Origin: the human T2T-CHM13v2.0 reference genome, Homo sapiens
Assembly: GCF_009914755.1 (NCBI RefSeq)
Contig: NC_060937.1
Direction: 5' to 3' (one strand)
Length of the DNA: 64,000 nucleotides
The translations under genes were made by a program, and so were the position numbers. Below the pieces are notes generated by a model. It ran no database searches and had not been told where the DNA came from. It worked only from the letters and a program-made list of their open reading frames with translations. Below, piece after piece: positions 63,210-64,000 of the stretch. Position 1 is the first letter of the stretch; each line of letters begins with the position of its first letter.

Positions 63210-63526
63210 CCTAAGAAAGTAGTAAGAAGAGTTCATTAAAATTCAATCACTTATTCCCTTGGTCTGACATTGTGGTACATGGCAGGGTGTGTGTGAGGTT
63301 GTGGAGGCTGTAACTGCAAGTGTGAGGGAAATGCTGTTCTCTAGACTTTCAGATCCACACACAGGAAGTCTACACTGATAAAGCGGACTAGCAGGTGACT
63401 CTGGCCAGACTAACTCATGGTGATACTGTCCCCAAGACAAGTGGCTATTAGAATAAACCAGATTTACATAGCATTTTGGTTTCACTTTTTTTTTTTTTTC
63501 TGTACACATGATCTCATTTGACTACT

Positions 63527-63958
63527 TAGTTGACCCCTGAACAACTTGGGAGTTAGGGAAACAGACCCCCTGTGCAGTTGAAAATCTGTGTATAACTTTG
63601 ACTCCTCAAAAACTTACTAATAGCTTACTGTTGACTGAAAGCCTTATGAATAACATAAGCAGTTGATTAACACATATTTTGTATGCCATATGTATTATAT
63701 ACTGTATTCTTACAATACAGCAAGCTAGAGAAAAGAAATGTCATTAAGAAAATCATAAAGAAGAGAAAATATATTTACTATTAAGTGGAAGTGGATCACC
63801 ATAAAGGTCTTCATCCTCATTGTCTTCACATCAAGTAGGCTGAGGAGGAGGAGCAAGAGGAGGGGTTGGTCTTCTCTCAGGGGTGGCAAAGGTGGAGGAA
63901 AATCCACATATATGTGGACCCCATGCAGTTCAAACCTGTGTTGTTCTAGGATCAACTG
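63527..63958 (-). mobile_element. Tigger2a/MER28-like TcMar MITE
   Basis: TIRs agttgacccctgaacaac / gttgttctaggatcaactg, followed by TA. Confidence 0.8.
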
Positions 63959-64000
63959 TATTTCTCATGCATCTTGTAGTGCCAACTCCAAAAGCGAGTG

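Noticed and set aside
63210-63236. Upstream in-frame ATG extending MTIF3 (MNSSYYFLR)
   Set aside because: Lies in the intron polypyrimidine tract upstream of the acceptor at 63212-63211

Overview
Human (or near-identical hominid) DNA from the GTF3A/MTIF3 locus (13q12.2), recognised from the encoded proteins. Positions ~1-47,200 are repeat-rich intergenic DNA: ~30 Alus, old L1/HAL1/L2/MIR, solo LTRs (LTR1-like, an LTR12 inside an Alu, MaLR), MER63/MER82/Charlie DNA transposon fossils and a Y1 RNA retrocopy. Then come a CpG-island promoter and the complete 9-exon GTF3A (TFIIIA) gene on +, with a CUG start at 47489 and a stop ending at 58350 (1098 nt = 365 aa). The three coding exons of MTIF3 lie on - (63209-58428, 278 aa), tail-to-tail with GTF3A. 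Most interesting observations: (1) a duplicated 33-nt motif in GTF3A intron 5 with local resemblance to 5S rRNA, one copy enclosed in a perfect 13-bp stem that covers a cryptic 5' splice site of a candidate PTC exon, possibly analogous to the plant P5SM TFIIIA splicing switch (hypothesis); (2) one 9-mer, TTTATTAAA, carrying poly(A) hexamers for both convergent genes; (3) a second CUG in identical context opening an overlapping out-of-frame ORF; (4) a possible decayed, unidentified multi-exon gene on - at ~17.9-30.5 kb. Repeat subfamily names and reference-sequence comparisons are from memory of consensus sequences and need RepeatMasker/BLAST confirmation.
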